Assembly: GCA_965226555.1 (NCBI GenBank)
Contig: CBDDDG010000014.1
Span: 201,236-265,235 of the forward strand
Direction: 5' to 3'
DNA: 64,000 nt
DNA from: Salinispira sp.
Lineage (GTDB): Bacteria > Spirochaetota > Spirochaetia > DSM-27196 > Salinispiraceae
Shown here in pieces: positions 18,866 to 29,494 of the stretch. The notes beneath the pieces were generated by a model. It worked only from the letters and a program-made list of their open reading frames with translations. It searched no databases and had not been told where the DNA came from. The position numbers were made by a program, and so were the translations under genes. Position 1 is the stretch's first letter, and the number at the start of each line of letters is the position of its first letter.

Positions 18866-19960
18866 GTGCTGACACGCTATACGACTTCAAAGAATGGACG
18901 GCCGGTGAAACAGGCGGAAATATATACTCAAAAAGAGCACGGCATAGGCTCGTCTCAGCTCGATGCCGATGCGGTCAAGGTCATTCTCCGCCTGCAGAAT
19001 GCCGGCTACGAAGCCTATATTGTCGGCGGAGCTGTACGGGATATGCTGCTGCAGAAAATTCCGAAAGATTTTGATATTGCCACGAACGCCAGACCTTCCC
19101 GCATACGAAAGATCTTTCGAAATTCACGCATCATCGGTAAGCGTTTCCGGCTCGCCCATATTTTGTTCCATGGCGGTAAAATTATTGAGGTAAGTACCTT
19201 CCGCAGCGATCAAAACAATGCTTTCGGGAGTATTGAGGATGATGTTCACCGGCGCGATTTTTCCGTAAACGCGCTCTATTACGATCCTGTCCGCCGCCAG
19301 CTTCTGGACTTTGTTCATGGCCTGAAAGATTTACGGAAGGGACGCCTCCGCGCAGTTATTCCGCTGAATACAATTTTTGTTGAAGATTCAGTAAGAATTA
19401 TTCGGGCTGTTAAGTACATGGTAAAGGCCAATTTGAAGGCCGATTTTCTGCTCAGCCAGCGTATTAAGCGCCAGAGCTGCCTATTGGAACAGGCCTCCAG
19501 TTCCCGAATTACTGAGGAAATATACAAAATTCTTGAAAGCGGCTATGCAATGTCGACTTTTGCCCTATTGTTCAGCTTCACAAGCATGAACTACATTCTC
19601 CCCGGGCTTTATAAGCCGCTCAAGCGAAATGAAAAGGGGGAAGGTCAGTTTCTGGATGATCTTGCCCGTCTGGACTCAATTTCGGAAAAAATCTCCGACC
19701 GCTCCGACCTCCTCTACTATCTCATCCGAAATTTTTTCATGAACCTTGCGCCATGGTCTCAAAATGATCGGCTCCATTTTCCCGATGTCGTTTTTGACCT
19801 CAAGAAAACATTACAACCAATGGTTCCGGCAAATAAAGATATTGAAACTGCGGTAGCGGTACTCCTTCAGGAGCGGGGGCAGGGACCTGTCCATCGGAGG
19901 AGCCGTAGTAGCCACAGAAGGAGAAAACGGCGCAAAAAACATGCGCCGCAGTCTCGCTGA
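18866..19960 (+). CDS. pcnB: Poly(A) polymerase
   Basis: VGGAVRD, KDFDIAT, IIGKRFRLAHI and RRDFSVN motifs; GTG start after GGAG. Confidence 0.9.
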   Translation: MLTRYTTSKNGRPVKQAEIYTQKEHGIGSSQLDADAVKVILRLQNAGYEAYIVGGAVRDMLLQKIPKDFDIATNARPSRIRKIFRNSRIIGKRFRLAHILFHGGKIIEVSTFRSDQNNAFGSIEDDVHRRDFSVNALYYDPVRRQLLDFVHGLKDLRKGRLRAVIPLNTIFVEDSVRIIRAVKYMVKANLKADFLLSQRIKRQSCLLEQASSSRITEEIYKILESGYAMSTFALLFSFTSMNYILPGLYKPLKRNEKGEGQFLDDLARLDSISEKISDRSDLLYYLIRNFFMNLAPWSQNDRLHFPDVVFDLKKTLQPMVPANKDIETAVAVLLQERGQGPVHRRSRSSHRRRKRRKKHAPQSR

Positions 19961-19992
19961 ATGTAATCAATCATGCTGAACGTAATCAGATA

Positions 19993-21192
19993 TCAAATAT
20001 CCGCTATCTGATTACGAACAGCCTCAATTTTTTCCATAAAATTCCCGGCATCAAGCTGAAGAGATACATCGAAGTGTTCATTGGCCTGATCATAGTTTTC
20101 ACTGGCAAAGGCGTTCAGACCGAGGGCATAGTACACAAGCGCATCGTTCTGACCCTTCTGAATGGCCGTGGTATAATTCTCATCGGCCAATTCATAATTG
20201 CCCAGATCATAATTGATGAGGCCAAAATAATAATAGGGAATGTAGCTTTCATCGTTACGCTCAATGGCCTGGAGCAGAAAATTGGCGGCCTCATCCAACT
20301 GCCCGCTTTCATAGCGTTCTATGCCGGCTTCAATGAGTTCCGCATAGGTTCTGAGGGAACCAAGATAGGCATACATATCGCTGAGAAATTCTTCGGTATT
20401 AATCCATTGGAAGGTTTTTTTGTATGCTCTCCATGAGTTTGTCTGGAGATCAGCTTCGGTATCCAAGCTGTTGAGCGCCTCCCAGATCATCCGGTTGTGA
20501 TCTCTGTTGTCGGTGTTCAGGAGATAATGCACAATTCCCCAACTCTGCGGATAAAAGGTATTGATATTTTCCCGGGCATATTCAACATCGCTGGAAAGGA
20601 AGTCGGGTATGTTGAGGGGATTCATGCGCAGATCGCTGGGGAACAGGGTTCTGAAGGTTTCAAGCCATGTCAGGTTTTCATGAAAGGTGAGTTCACCGTT
20701 TTGAAACTGTAATTTTTCGAAATATGCCGCGAAGCCTTCACGCAGCCACAGTGGAGGGTTTTGTATGAAGGCGCGGAAGAACTGCACAAAGACTTGCTGG
20801 GTAAAATTCTGATCAATGTTATTGCTGCGTATCATTGATCCCACTATTTCCGAGCGCTGCGCAGAACTGCTGTGAAGATACACAGCATCATCCCGATGTT
20901 CATCAATAATTTCGGCAAGATATTCGTTAAAACCTCTGTCATTATCGAATATTCGAACTCTCAGGGGCTGTTCAAGCGCATGAGGAGAAAAACGGAAGAA
21001 ATTAGCGAAGAATTCCATGTATGTATCGAGTATTGTGCCTATCTCCTGAGCATTTTTCAGGCTGATGTATGATCGGACACGGTAATAATTACTCTCATAG
21101 TCGAAAAAATCCGGCTGTTCTGCACCATGAGCACATACCATTGTACCGATAATTAAAAAAACAACAACAAAAAACAGTAGTAATGATCGCAT
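19993..21192 (-). CDS. Secreted protein with a PLWLREG (peptidase-like/DUF1570) domain and C-terminal TPRs
   Basis: Signal peptide; PLWLREGFAAYFE; TPR-like helices. Confidence 0.7.
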   Translation of the reverse strand: MRSLLLFFVVVFLIIGTMVCAHGAEQPDFFDYESNYYRVRSYISLKNAQEIGTILDTYMEFFANFFRFSPHALEQPLRVRIFDNDRGFNEYLAEIIDEHRDDAVYLHSSSAQRSEIVGSMIRSNNIDQNFTQQVFVQFFRAFIQNPPLWLREGFAAYFEKLQFQNGELTFHENLTWLETFRTLFPSDLRMNPLNIPDFLSSDVEYARENINTFYPQSWGIVHYLLNTDNRDHNRMIWEALNSLDTEADLQTNSWRAYKKTFQWINTEEFLSDMYAYLGSLRTYAELIEAGIERYESGQLDEAANFLLQAIERNDESYIPYYYFGLINYDLGNYELADENYTTAIQKGQNDALVYYALGLNAFASENYDQANEHFDVSLQLDAGNFMEKIEAVRNQIADI

Positions 21193-21224
21193 AATTACGT
21201 TCTCCTAAGTACTATTATCGGCAG

Positions 21225-21330
21225 ATTTTGCATTAATAAAGTTTTTCCTTTAGGAAAAACTTTCCATACCTTGAAAGAACCCTCATTGGAAAATTGTGCA
21301 GAGCACAATTTTCAGTAGCAAAAGTTTCCA
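21225..21330. repeat. Family P palindromic modules
   Basis: AAAGTTTTTCCTTTAGGAAAAACTTT and GGAAAATTGTGCAGAGCACAATTTTCAGTAGC. Confidence 0.8.
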
Positions 21331-21371
21331 AGACAAAAATTATAGCATACGCGGATAAAGGTCAAGGTTCT

Positions 21372-24300
21372 TTAATAATGCTCCCGTATGTAATTGAAAG
21401 CCTTCTCAAAGAGTTTCTCGTCTTTATGGAGCCGGCACTTGTGAAGCGCTTGCCGGAGCACCTTCTGAATTTCCCTTTGTCCGACATGCGTGTTCTGCCA
21501 GCCATCGAAGCGGGTGACCTGAACTATATTGTCTATATTTTCAACCACAGTGGCGATGATCTGCGGGGTGGTGTCGGTTCTGAACTCAAGGAATATTTCG
21601 GTCAGGGCATGTTTGTCATCTGAAACAACTTCTTTGTGGGTCTCGTTCTCAAGGCGAACAATAGTGCGGGCAGCGTCAAGAAGTCTCTTTAGCCAATCGA
21701 TACCGCTCAATACGCCCGCTTCATATTCATTCTTAAGACGTTCAAGGCGCCTCCCCAACTCTTCAAAGCGCGGATCATTCACTGAACGAATTTTTGCCAT
21801 AATGGACAAATTCAGTTTTTTTGCCCTTCTTTTTTGCTCATTCTCGGTCAGTTCAAGTGAGGCCTGCGCATCTATAATGAGCCCATCAATATCATTTCGA
21901 ATTCGATCAATTTCAGTGTTCTCATTGATCAGTTTGATGGTTTCCGGCCCAAGCGATGCCCAAAGCAGGGCGCCCAATCCGCCGACAGGCCGTACTGACT
22001 CATAGACCTGCGCCAGCCAACGATAGTCCTTTCGGAAGGGAGCCAAATAGGAATCGGGAGAAATGGCTTCCCAAAAGTGTTTCGCGACATTGAACTGCGC
22101 CGCAAAGGCATCCTTTTTTTCATTGCCGACCAAACAATCCTGCGCCGCAATGAGCCCTTCATAGCCTTCAATGCTCCGATCCACTCCCGGGAAATACTCC
22201 AGACACTTTTCAATGGCTTCGGGGAACAGCGTTTTAAATGTCTCAATACTCTCCACCACACCTTCAATTTCTTTCGGATCGTAGTTCAGCGCCTGAGCGA
22301 TATTTTCAAACACTCCAAGGTAATCGATAATGAGGCCCCGGTTCTTGCTCGCATTGTATGGACGATTTGTTCGGCATATTGCCTGAAGCAGAACATGATC
22401 GCGAAGGGGTTTGTCCAAATACATGCAGGAGCAGATCGGCGCGTCAAAACCGGTAAGGAGTTTTGCCGTAACAACAAGTATCTTCAAAGGATCGGAGGCA
22501 TCGCGATAAGAATTGAGGACGCGCTCCTGAACTTCAGGGCTGGCGTCAATTCTCTGCCAGCGTTTGAAATCTTCTTTTTCGACAGGGAGTCCGAGGTCCT
22601 GCCATGTACGCCAGTCGGGCGCCATTTTTTTCGGTTTGCCGTTTTCATCGGTTTCTTTCTCAATGGCGCCCCCCGATATGCTCATGACCGCTTCAACAGC
22701 ATGTTTGCCAAGGCGCTCGCGGAGAAGATAATACATCTGTACCACCGCATCTCGGTCATACACGACGACAATGCCCTTAAATCGCTTCGGTTCCACATGG
22801 GTTCTGAAATGTTCCGCAATGTCATCGGCAATGGCAGCAATACGTTTGGGAGCCTTCAACAGGCGGGAAAGTTTTCCGGCTCTCTGAGAGACGGAGGCTT
22901 TTTCCTCTTCACTCAGCTTGTTGCGCTCTGCGAGTTCCTCAAATTCCTTGTCGATGGTTTCACGGTCTATGCGCAATTCAACCATGCGGGGTTCAAATTT
23001 AACCGGCAATGTTGCCCCATCGCGAATGGCCTGTCTATGGGTATAACGGTTGAGATATTTGCCCGTATCCTCCGCAGCGCCGAATAGTTTAAAGGTATTT
23101 CGCTCATAACCTGAAATGGGTGTGCCAGTCAGCCCGAAGAAAAAGGCATTTGGCAGCGCCCATCGCATTTTTTCTCCCAAACTGCCTTCCTGCGTGCGAT
23201 GTGCTTCATCTACCAGAACAATAATGTTCGCTCGGGGGTTTAATCCATTGCTGTTGTGTTCATCAATTTCCACTTCATCGAATTTGAAGATGGTTGTAAT
23301 AAGAATTTGTCGGGAATCTTGTTTCAATTCCCTCGTAAGCGCCGCGCACGATTTCACCGGCGTAACATTTTTGACAGCGGCATTGTTGAAAACAGAGTTT
23401 ATCTGGCTGTCCAGATCAACCCGGTCGACCACAATAACAACTGTCGGATTTTTTAGTTCAGGATCGGCCTTGAGCATCTGCGCCACAAAAAGCATTAACA
23501 ATGACTTTCCCGAACCCTGAAAATGCCAAATGAGGCCCTTGCGGGCATCCTGTGTTTTTACCCGCCGGACAATGTCCATGGCCGCTTCATACTGCGGATA
23601 GCGGGGCAGAATTTTGCTCCTGATGCTCGGTTTGCCTTCTCCCTGCTTTAGCGCCTGGAACACCACAAACGATTGCAGAATTTCCAACAAGGTCTTCGGG
23701 CGCAGCAAACGTTCCGCGCTTTTCAATACGGTACGCATGTCCCGCGGTATTTCTTCCCGATCTTCGGTGCTGTACCACGGAGCCCAGTTTTTGAAGGGGG
23801 CGCCGATCGCTCCGTAATTGAAGGTCTTACCTTCCGAGGCAAAACAAAGCAGATTCGGCACAAAAAACGCCTTCTGATTTTCCCAGTACCATTTTTGCCC
23901 GCCCAGAAAATCTGCCGCGCCGTCCTGCCAACTAATGGCATCGCGCACCGGAGTCTTCACCTCACCAACGACTATGGGCAATCCATTGACATAGAGCACC
24001 AGATCAAAGTAACAGTCGCTCGCGCCGGTAAACTGAACCTGCTGACTGAGCACAAAGTGGTTGTTATGGGGGGTATTGAAATCGATTAGATGAATGGTAA
24101 TGTGTTCACCATTCTTGCCAAGCGGCATGGATTCTCTGCCCAGCACCCAATTCTGAAATAGTTCATTCGCCCGAACAAGCCCGCTGCCTCCGGCATTCAA
24201 AAGCAGGCCGCGCAGACGGTGAATTACTTCATCCGCCTTATCCGGATTCGCAGCCAGCGGTTTGTTCAATGCGCGCAGCGCGTCTTTCAGCCATGTTTCA

Positions 24301-24509
24301 ACAAAAACATCCTGCGGCTGCCTTCCATACTGCGCCAGATTCCCGCCATGAACATAGTGCCATTTCAGGTCCTTCAGGTCCCTGTTGCCCGCGCGATACT
24401 CCGTCCCGCCTTCATTTGCCATTCCCGCGCCCGCATCGGCTATAACTGCTTTGCCAATGAGATGATCCCGCAGCGCATTTTCAATGGTGTTTTGTTCATT
24501 AAAGTTCAT
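21372..24509 (-). CDS. hsdR: Type I restriction enzyme R subunit
   Basis: DLVLYVNG...EVK, WHFQGSGKS, DEAHR, TGTP and QAICRTNR motifs. Confidence 0.95.
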   Translation of the reverse strand: MNFNEQNTIENALRDHLIGKAVIADAGAGMANEGGTEYRAGNRDLKDLKWHYVHGGNLAQYGRQPQDVFVETWLKDALRALNKPLAANPDKADEVIHRLRGLLLNAGGSGLVRANELFQNWVLGRESMPLGKNGEHITIHLIDFNTPHNNHFVLSQQVQFTGASDCYFDLVLYVNGLPIVVGEVKTPVRDAISWQDGAADFLGGQKWYWENQKAFFVPNLLCFASEGKTFNYGAIGAPFKNWAPWYSTEDREEIPRDMRTVLKSAERLLRPKTLLEILQSFVVFQALKQGEGKPSIRSKILPRYPQYEAAMDIVRRVKTQDARKGLIWHFQGSGKSLLMLFVAQMLKADPELKNPTVVIVVDRVDLDSQINSVFNNAAVKNVTPVKSCAALTRELKQDSRQILITTIFKFDEVEIDEHNSNGLNPRANIIVLVDEAHRTQEGSLGEKMRWALPNAFFFGLTGTPISGYERNTFKLFGAAEDTGKYLNRYTHRQAIRDGATLPVKFEPRMVELRIDRETIDKEFEELAERNKLSEEEKASVSQRAGKLSRLLKAPKRIAAIADDIAEHFRTHVEPKRFKGIVVVYDRDAVVQMYYLLRERLGKHAVEAVMSISGGAIEKETDENGKPKKMAPDWRTWQDLGLPVEKEDFKRWQRIDASPEVQERVLNSYRDASDPLKILVVTAKLLTGFDAPICSCMYLDKPLRDHVLLQAICRTNRPYNASKNRGLIIDYLGVFENIAQALNYDPKEIEGVVESIETFKTLFPEAIEKCLEYFPGVDRSIEGYEGLIAAQDCLVGNEKKDAFAAQFNVAKHFWEAISPDSYLAPFRKDYRWLAQVYESVRPVGGLGALLWASLGPETIKLINENTEIDRIRNDIDGLIIDAQASLELTENEQKRRAKKLNLSIMAKIRSVNDPRFEELGRRLERLKNEYEAGVLSGIDWLKRLLDAARTIVRLENETHKEVVSDDKHALTEIFLEFRTDTTPQIIATVVENIDNIVQVTRFDGWQNTHVGQREIQKVLRQALHKCRLHKDEKLFEKAFNYIREHY

Positions 24510-25744
24510 TAAAGTTCATTGACCCCCCGCTCCCGCGGCAGCGTAACTTTTACGTAGTCCTCGGTTGCTTCAATAATTGGGTCGCAGCCGTTGCGGGAGC
24601 GCATGAGCGGCAGCACCTTTGTTCGCAGCCCCATGCCCCTGTGGTCAACATAGCCGTAGTCGCGCATAACTTCCATAATTATGGTATTTCGGGTGTATCG
24701 CTGTCCGGCAAGCATTTTTTCAACTGTCATGGAGTTCTGCAGGCTGCCCGGGCTAATGACTTCAAGCCTGTCGCTATACATACCAACCTCAATGTCGACA
24801 AACCGCGTCCAATCTCTGTGAACCAGAGCATTAACAAGCACTTCCCGCAGTGCTTCCACCGGATAAAAATAGGTTTTTTCCCGCCGAAGATTATCGACAA
24901 GTTCATGTGACTCCTCAGAAATAAAGGGGTCAATGCGCGACAGGGCGGTTTCAATGAGCCCCTCATCGATCACGCGTCTTGCCCCATGAGAAACATCCCA
25001 CCTGCCGACAAGCGGCGCATTGAGAATGACATCGAGCTCCGCGCGATATTCTTTGTCCGCGCTGTCAAAAGCAAATATCCTCAAACCGCTCTGCTTTACA
25101 TAGCGCCGCGGGTTCTTGCCGAAAAGCAGCATTCCTGCCATCGTGCACATTCCATGAGCTTCTGTCAGAAAGTCCAGATTCGCTAGGCGATCTTCCCAAT
25201 TATCATCGGTCAATGGAATGTCGGGATCCTTCACAATATCTTTCAGATAATTTTCGATGCGGGGTTTATCCAGATTATTTGATGATGAGCGCGGCACCGG
25301 CAGAATTTCCGTGTGAAGTATGCCACCCATCTCGTAGAGGCGCATGTGCTGCTCGCGGGTCGCAGGGCGCGAGATAGACCCCACGCGAATAAACACATCT
25401 TCCGCATTGTTATGACGCCGAACATAGGGCTTGGCATTGCCCTGTGGAAAGGTCAGCACGGCAACGATGGTATTGTCGGCAACCCGTATTTCTTCATAGA
25501 ATGGCAGAATCGTTGGATGAATTTTTTCCGATACGACATTCATAACCCACTCTTCCGTGTTTTCACGTTGCAGTCCCGATATGGCGCCGTCATCATCAAC
25601 TCCCAAAAGAATTCTGCCGCCCTGAAAATTGACCAGCGCCACAATCTCTTTCGCAAGCTGCTCAGTCCTGACATCATCTCGCGTAAACTCAATGCCGGAG
25701 TTTTCGCCATTCGCGATAATTTCAAGCAATTCCGTTTTGAGCAT
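24509..25744 (-). CDS. AlbA_2/Schlafen domain plus HATPase_c_4 (RecG-C-like) protein
   Basis: GENSGIEF...ALVNFQGG...LGVDD; REVLVNALVHRDW, SPGSL and RN...GMG motifs. Confidence 0.85.
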   Translation of the reverse strand: MLKTELLEIIANGENSGIEFTRDDVRTEQLAKEIVALVNFQGGRILLGVDDDGAISGLQRENTEEWVMNVVSEKIHPTILPFYEEIRVADNTIVAVLTFPQGNAKPYVRRHNNAEDVFIRVGSISRPATREQHMRLYEMGGILHTEILPVPRSSSNNLDKPRIENYLKDIVKDPDIPLTDDNWEDRLANLDFLTEAHGMCTMAGMLLFGKNPRRYVKQSGLRIFAFDSADKEYRAELDVILNAPLVGRWDVSHGARRVIDEGLIETALSRIDPFISEESHELVDNLRREKTYFYPVEALREVLVNALVHRDWTRFVDIEVGMYSDRLEVISPGSLQNSMTVEKMLAGQRYTRNTIIMEVMRDYGYVDHRGMGLRTKVLPLMRSRNGCDPIIEATEDYVKVTLPRERGVNEL

Positions 25745-25791
25745 GGTGGGTTCTCCTGTGGTTCATATTGGGTGGATTAATTGCATGAAAA

Positions 25792-26175
25792 TTATTTTTT
25801 TTGAAAATTCATGGTTGGCAAAAGAATAGAACCAACATTGGCCTGAGCAGTATAGGTAGCAATAAGACTTCGCGCAAAGGGATACAGAATGGCAGGAGCA
25901 TTGACCTCGGCTAAGGTTTGCAGCTTATCTTCTGAAAAATCATCATCAAGTTCAAACCTTCCTTTCAATTCCAGATAAAACGTGAAATTTTTTGACTTAG
26001 TTGTAATATTAATTTTTAATATAACATCTACGAACTTGGCGTGCTCCGGATCATATTGTTGTTCAACATTAATATTCGGTTTGAGTGTTTCAGTTTCATT
26101 ACCGAACGCATCTTTAATTTTGCATTTGACCTCTGGTACTTTATACCCTAAAAACTTGAAATTACTATTTTTCAT
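25792..26175 (-). CDS. SecB-like chaperone (CmdC-like)
   Basis: NAPAILYPFARSLI...LLPTMNF SecB signature. Confidence 0.85.
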   Translation of the reverse strand: MKNSNFKFLGYKVPEVKCKIKDAFGNETETLKPNINVEQQYDPEHAKFVDVILKINITTKSKNFTFYLELKGRFELDDDFSEDKLQTLAEVNAPAILYPFARSLIATYTAQANVGSILLPTMNFQKK

Positions 26176-26177
26176 TC

Positions 26178-26555
26178 TTATGCAGCCTCTGCCTCAATCC
26201 CTGAATTGATAAAAATTTCTGAATAGATAAAATTTATCGCAGCTTCAGGGATAGTTACCTCATGATTTTTTGAGGATGCTTCCATCTGATAATTACTAGG
26301 TATATCTATAAAGGCCTCAGAAATAGTTATTTCATGATTCGTTGAGGGTGTTTCCATCTGATAATTGTCAGATGCCCTTTTATTATCTATTGAAGATTGA
26401 AAAGCTACAGATGTATCATCGGAGTTGTACTTGGTACGCATTCGCTGTTTATTCTCAATTGCCATTGCTTTTTTATAGAGACGATCATACTCAGAAACCG
26501 ACATATTCCTGAAAGCTTCTAATACATCCTGTAATATTATGTCTGCTTTATCCAT
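26178..26555 (-). CDS. Putative chaperone-addicted antitoxin (CmdA-like)
   Basis: Lies between the ART-like toxin and SecB; low-complexity duplicated C-terminal segment ending in AA. Confidence 0.6.
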   Translation of the reverse strand: MDKADIILQDVLEAFRNMSVSEYDRLYKKAMAIENKQRMRTKYNSDDTSVAFQSSIDNKRASDNYQMETPSTNHEITISEAFIDIPSNYQMEASSKNHEVTIPEAAINFIYSEIFINSGIEAEAA

Positions 26556-27095
26556 TTATTTGCTCCTAGATTTCAATTTGAGAAGTGTAATACACTGATA
26601 TCGCCTCACACATACTTGAACCTGTGGTCTTCGAACGGTATAAGAATTATACGCTGATAACGTAGCACCATCAACAAATGCCCTGATAAAATCAATATCA
26701 AATCCTTTTTTCTCTATCGCCTCAACCATTTTGATATAAATGATATTCTCTGTAAACCCATTTGAATTTTTATGCGATTCTGAATGTACGCGAATAGCTT
26801 CCTTTCTGATTACATTGAACTGCCTTCTTTTCCGACGAGAATTAACCAGATCAATATAGCAATTACTTTGAATTTCAGCCTCAAAAACCGCCCAGTTGGG
26901 CCTGTGCCAAAAATTGCGCACCCAATCTTTTGCCTCTTTTTCTCCATCTGTTAACGGAGAAAGAGATTCAAAGAAATATATTCCCTCTCCTAACCATTCA
27001 TTCGATCCCGATGTCCATAATCCAGCCTTTTCTATCGATTCGATGTTTTCATCCGGGGTTCCATGGTAAGCGGTAATTAAAAGCATCTCCATCAT
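26556..27095 (-). CDS. ADP-ribosyltransferase-fold toxin (CmdT-like)
   Basis: AYHGT...WLGEGIYFF...QVQVCVR motifs. Confidence 0.7.
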   Translation of the reverse strand: MMEMLLITAYHGTPDENIESIEKAGLWTSGSNEWLGEGIYFFESLSPLTDGEKEAKDWVRNFWHRPNWAVFEAEIQSNCYIDLVNSRRKRRQFNVIRKEAIRVHSESHKNSNGFTENIIYIKMVEAIEKKGFDIDFIRAFVDGATLSAYNSYTVRRPQVQVCVRRYQCITLLKLKSRSK

Positions 27096-28877
27096 TTCCC
27101 GATAATCTCCCGCCGCGTAATGAGCACATCGGCCTTAATGAGTTCCCCGTCTTCTCCAATGTCATTTCGCAATGTTGTGATCTTTTTCTGCGCCTTCGCA
27201 ACCTCACCTTCCTGAATGAGTTTAAAAATATCTTTGATCTCCTTATCAATTTTTTTGGGGCGGGCGGTTTCATCCATAATATCTTCGAGTATGCGATCGG
27301 AGTTTTTTCCATAGGAATCGCTGACTGCGTGTTGAGTAATTGTCCCCTCGGTATTCTGTAATGCGAAAACCGATTCCGGCTTGAAGTGGCTAATTACCTG
27401 CGGCGAATGGGTTGTAATAAAGAATTGGCAGTTGGGGAATATTGCAGTGAGCTTCTGCGCAATAATACGCTGCCATTTTGGGTGTAGGTGAAGGTCTATT
27501 TCATCTATTAAAATGACCCCTGCGCCAGCAAGCGGATTTTCCATGGTGGGATTAGCCATGGCCAGTCGTCTGGCAATGTCTCCAATGACGGCAATGAGGT
27601 TCTTTTCACCGTCCGAAAGCTGGTTCATGTCAAAAATTTCACCGGTTTTAGTCACTTCCATGCGGGGGCGAGGAATTCGTTTTACCTGAAGGTTTGTGTA
27701 TTCAGGAATGAATGTTTCTATGGCCTGCCGGACAAAATGCAATTCTTTGCCTTCGGATTTTTTTGTGTGTTGTTCGGAAGTAATATCCTCTTGCACAATA
27801 GTACGAAGTTGAGCGGTAAACTTATCAAAGTATTCAGTATTCAGTTCCTTTAATGAATTGATATTTTGCCTCAGTAACATTTCCACCTTTCCTCTGCCGT
27901 CATAACTCATCCACCAGAATGAAAGGAGTATGGCAAAAGAGAATATTTCCCAAATAAGATGCAATAGTGATCCTACTTCTTCATAAAATCGGTTTTCCTT
28001 AAACGATTCAGTTATCTTTTCAATTAATTGGAAGAAGGGTTTGTTGGCTTCAATTAAATCGTCCTGAGAATTTCTCGATAATATTGCCATTGTGCGAAAC
28101 ATAGATTCAATGTCATGGAATATTGCTCTATTTTGTGCTGATGATATCATTTCAAATGTATGCATCACATTCGAAAAATATATGAGCAATAGGTAGGGCT
28201 CTACCAATATGCTATCTTTAATTATTTGCACAGTATCTTGAGCCATTTTTAATATACGTATGAATTCATCTTTGTCATGGGTTTCATCTTCTGAAATTGA
28301 CTTTTCAAATGAATCAAAAAAATCATTCATTCTTTGAAAAATGGTGTCTATCCTTTGTAATATCCACTTTTTGTTTTGCTTCATCCATCTAGCTCTGGCC
28401 ATTGCCTTCTCATTGAGTATGTCATCCTGATTACGAAACCATTCAAAAAATGTGTTAAAATTCGATTTTTCACCTAATGCGTTTTCGTAAATGTCAAAGG
28501 CTGAAATAGGCTGCTTAGGAACATCCGGCGTAATGCGGTTTACTACCCGACTCACAGGATAGCTGGCAATGACGGGAAGGGTTGATGTATCGCTGTAGTG
28601 TTCGCGAATTACTGTTGCCAGCGCAGTTGCACCCGCATACGAGGCGGGTTCTCTTTTTACTCCCGTTACGGATATCGGATTCCGCAATTTGTGTGCCATT
28701 GGAACGATCCCATTGAATTCGCTTAACCAACCATGAAAGCGCAAGCGCCATGGAATCTAAAACCGATGATTTTCCGGCGCCATTGATGCCGACAAAGAGA
28801 TTGAGGTTGTCGTGAAATTCAAATGTTAGCTCTTCGAAGCCTCTGAAATTGTGTAATTCCAAGGTATGTATTTTCAT
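27092..28877 (-). pseudogene. PtuA/Septu-like ABC ATPase, frameshifted by an internal deletion
   Basis: Walker A GINGAGKS is in ORF 28515..28877; LSDGEK, IDEIDLHLHP and TTHSP are in ORF 27092..28744; the junction is near 28660. Confidence 0.85.
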
Positions 28878-29494
28878 AATATATTGCTCCTACGCGCTAC
28901 ACACGCGACCGCCGAAACAAAGGGATTCAGCTCGCCATTTTGAGTGCGTTTAACATATGTACTAACAAATTTTTTTAATTCAGTACGGTTAAGATCAGGA
29001 TCAAGAACAATCTCAAAGGCTTTACTGCGCATGTTAATGAGCTTACGAATATTGAGCCCCAGTATTGTAATAGTATCTTTGGCATTCTGGTCTAACCCAA
29101 TAATTTCGCCAGCCGCAGTAAAAGTGAATTTCGATTGGCAGTCTGGTTGTAATGGGTGCACTGAAATTTCATGAGCTTTTTTTGCGTGACCGCAATGACG
29201 TGGTTCTCCTTTTTCTGTATCTCTCAAACAGGAGCAGAGAAAATTTGAATAATCCAACCTATTTTTGTATTTCGGATCAAGGTGTTCTATATGGTAATCA
29301 TGATGGGACTTGTCTTCTCTTAATTCCCGTTCACAGTAACAACAAATACCTCCCTGTTCGGTAAGAAGGGAGTCATAAACTGCTTTTTTTACATCACCCG
29401 ATAACTTATCGTATGTCGGCTGCCAATCATCATTTTCCGAGGCCTTCCACTCAGTGAACTTCCTAGGTTCCCCCGTTTTTTCAATGTATCTCAT
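28874..29494 (-). CDS. HNH endonuclease (PtuB / TIGR02646-like)
   Basis: EQGGICCYCE, HIEH, NFLCSC and HCGHAK motifs. Confidence 0.88.
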   Translation of the reverse strand: MRYIEKTGEPRKFTEWKASENDDWQPTYDKLSGDVKKAVYDSLLTEQGGICCYCERELREDKSHHDYHIEHLDPKYKNRLDYSNFLCSCLRDTEKGEPRHCGHAKKAHEISVHPLQPDCQSKFTFTAAGEIIGLDQNAKDTITILGLNIRKLINMRSKAFEIVLDPDLNRTELKKFVSTYVKRTQNGELNPFVSAVACVARRSNIL

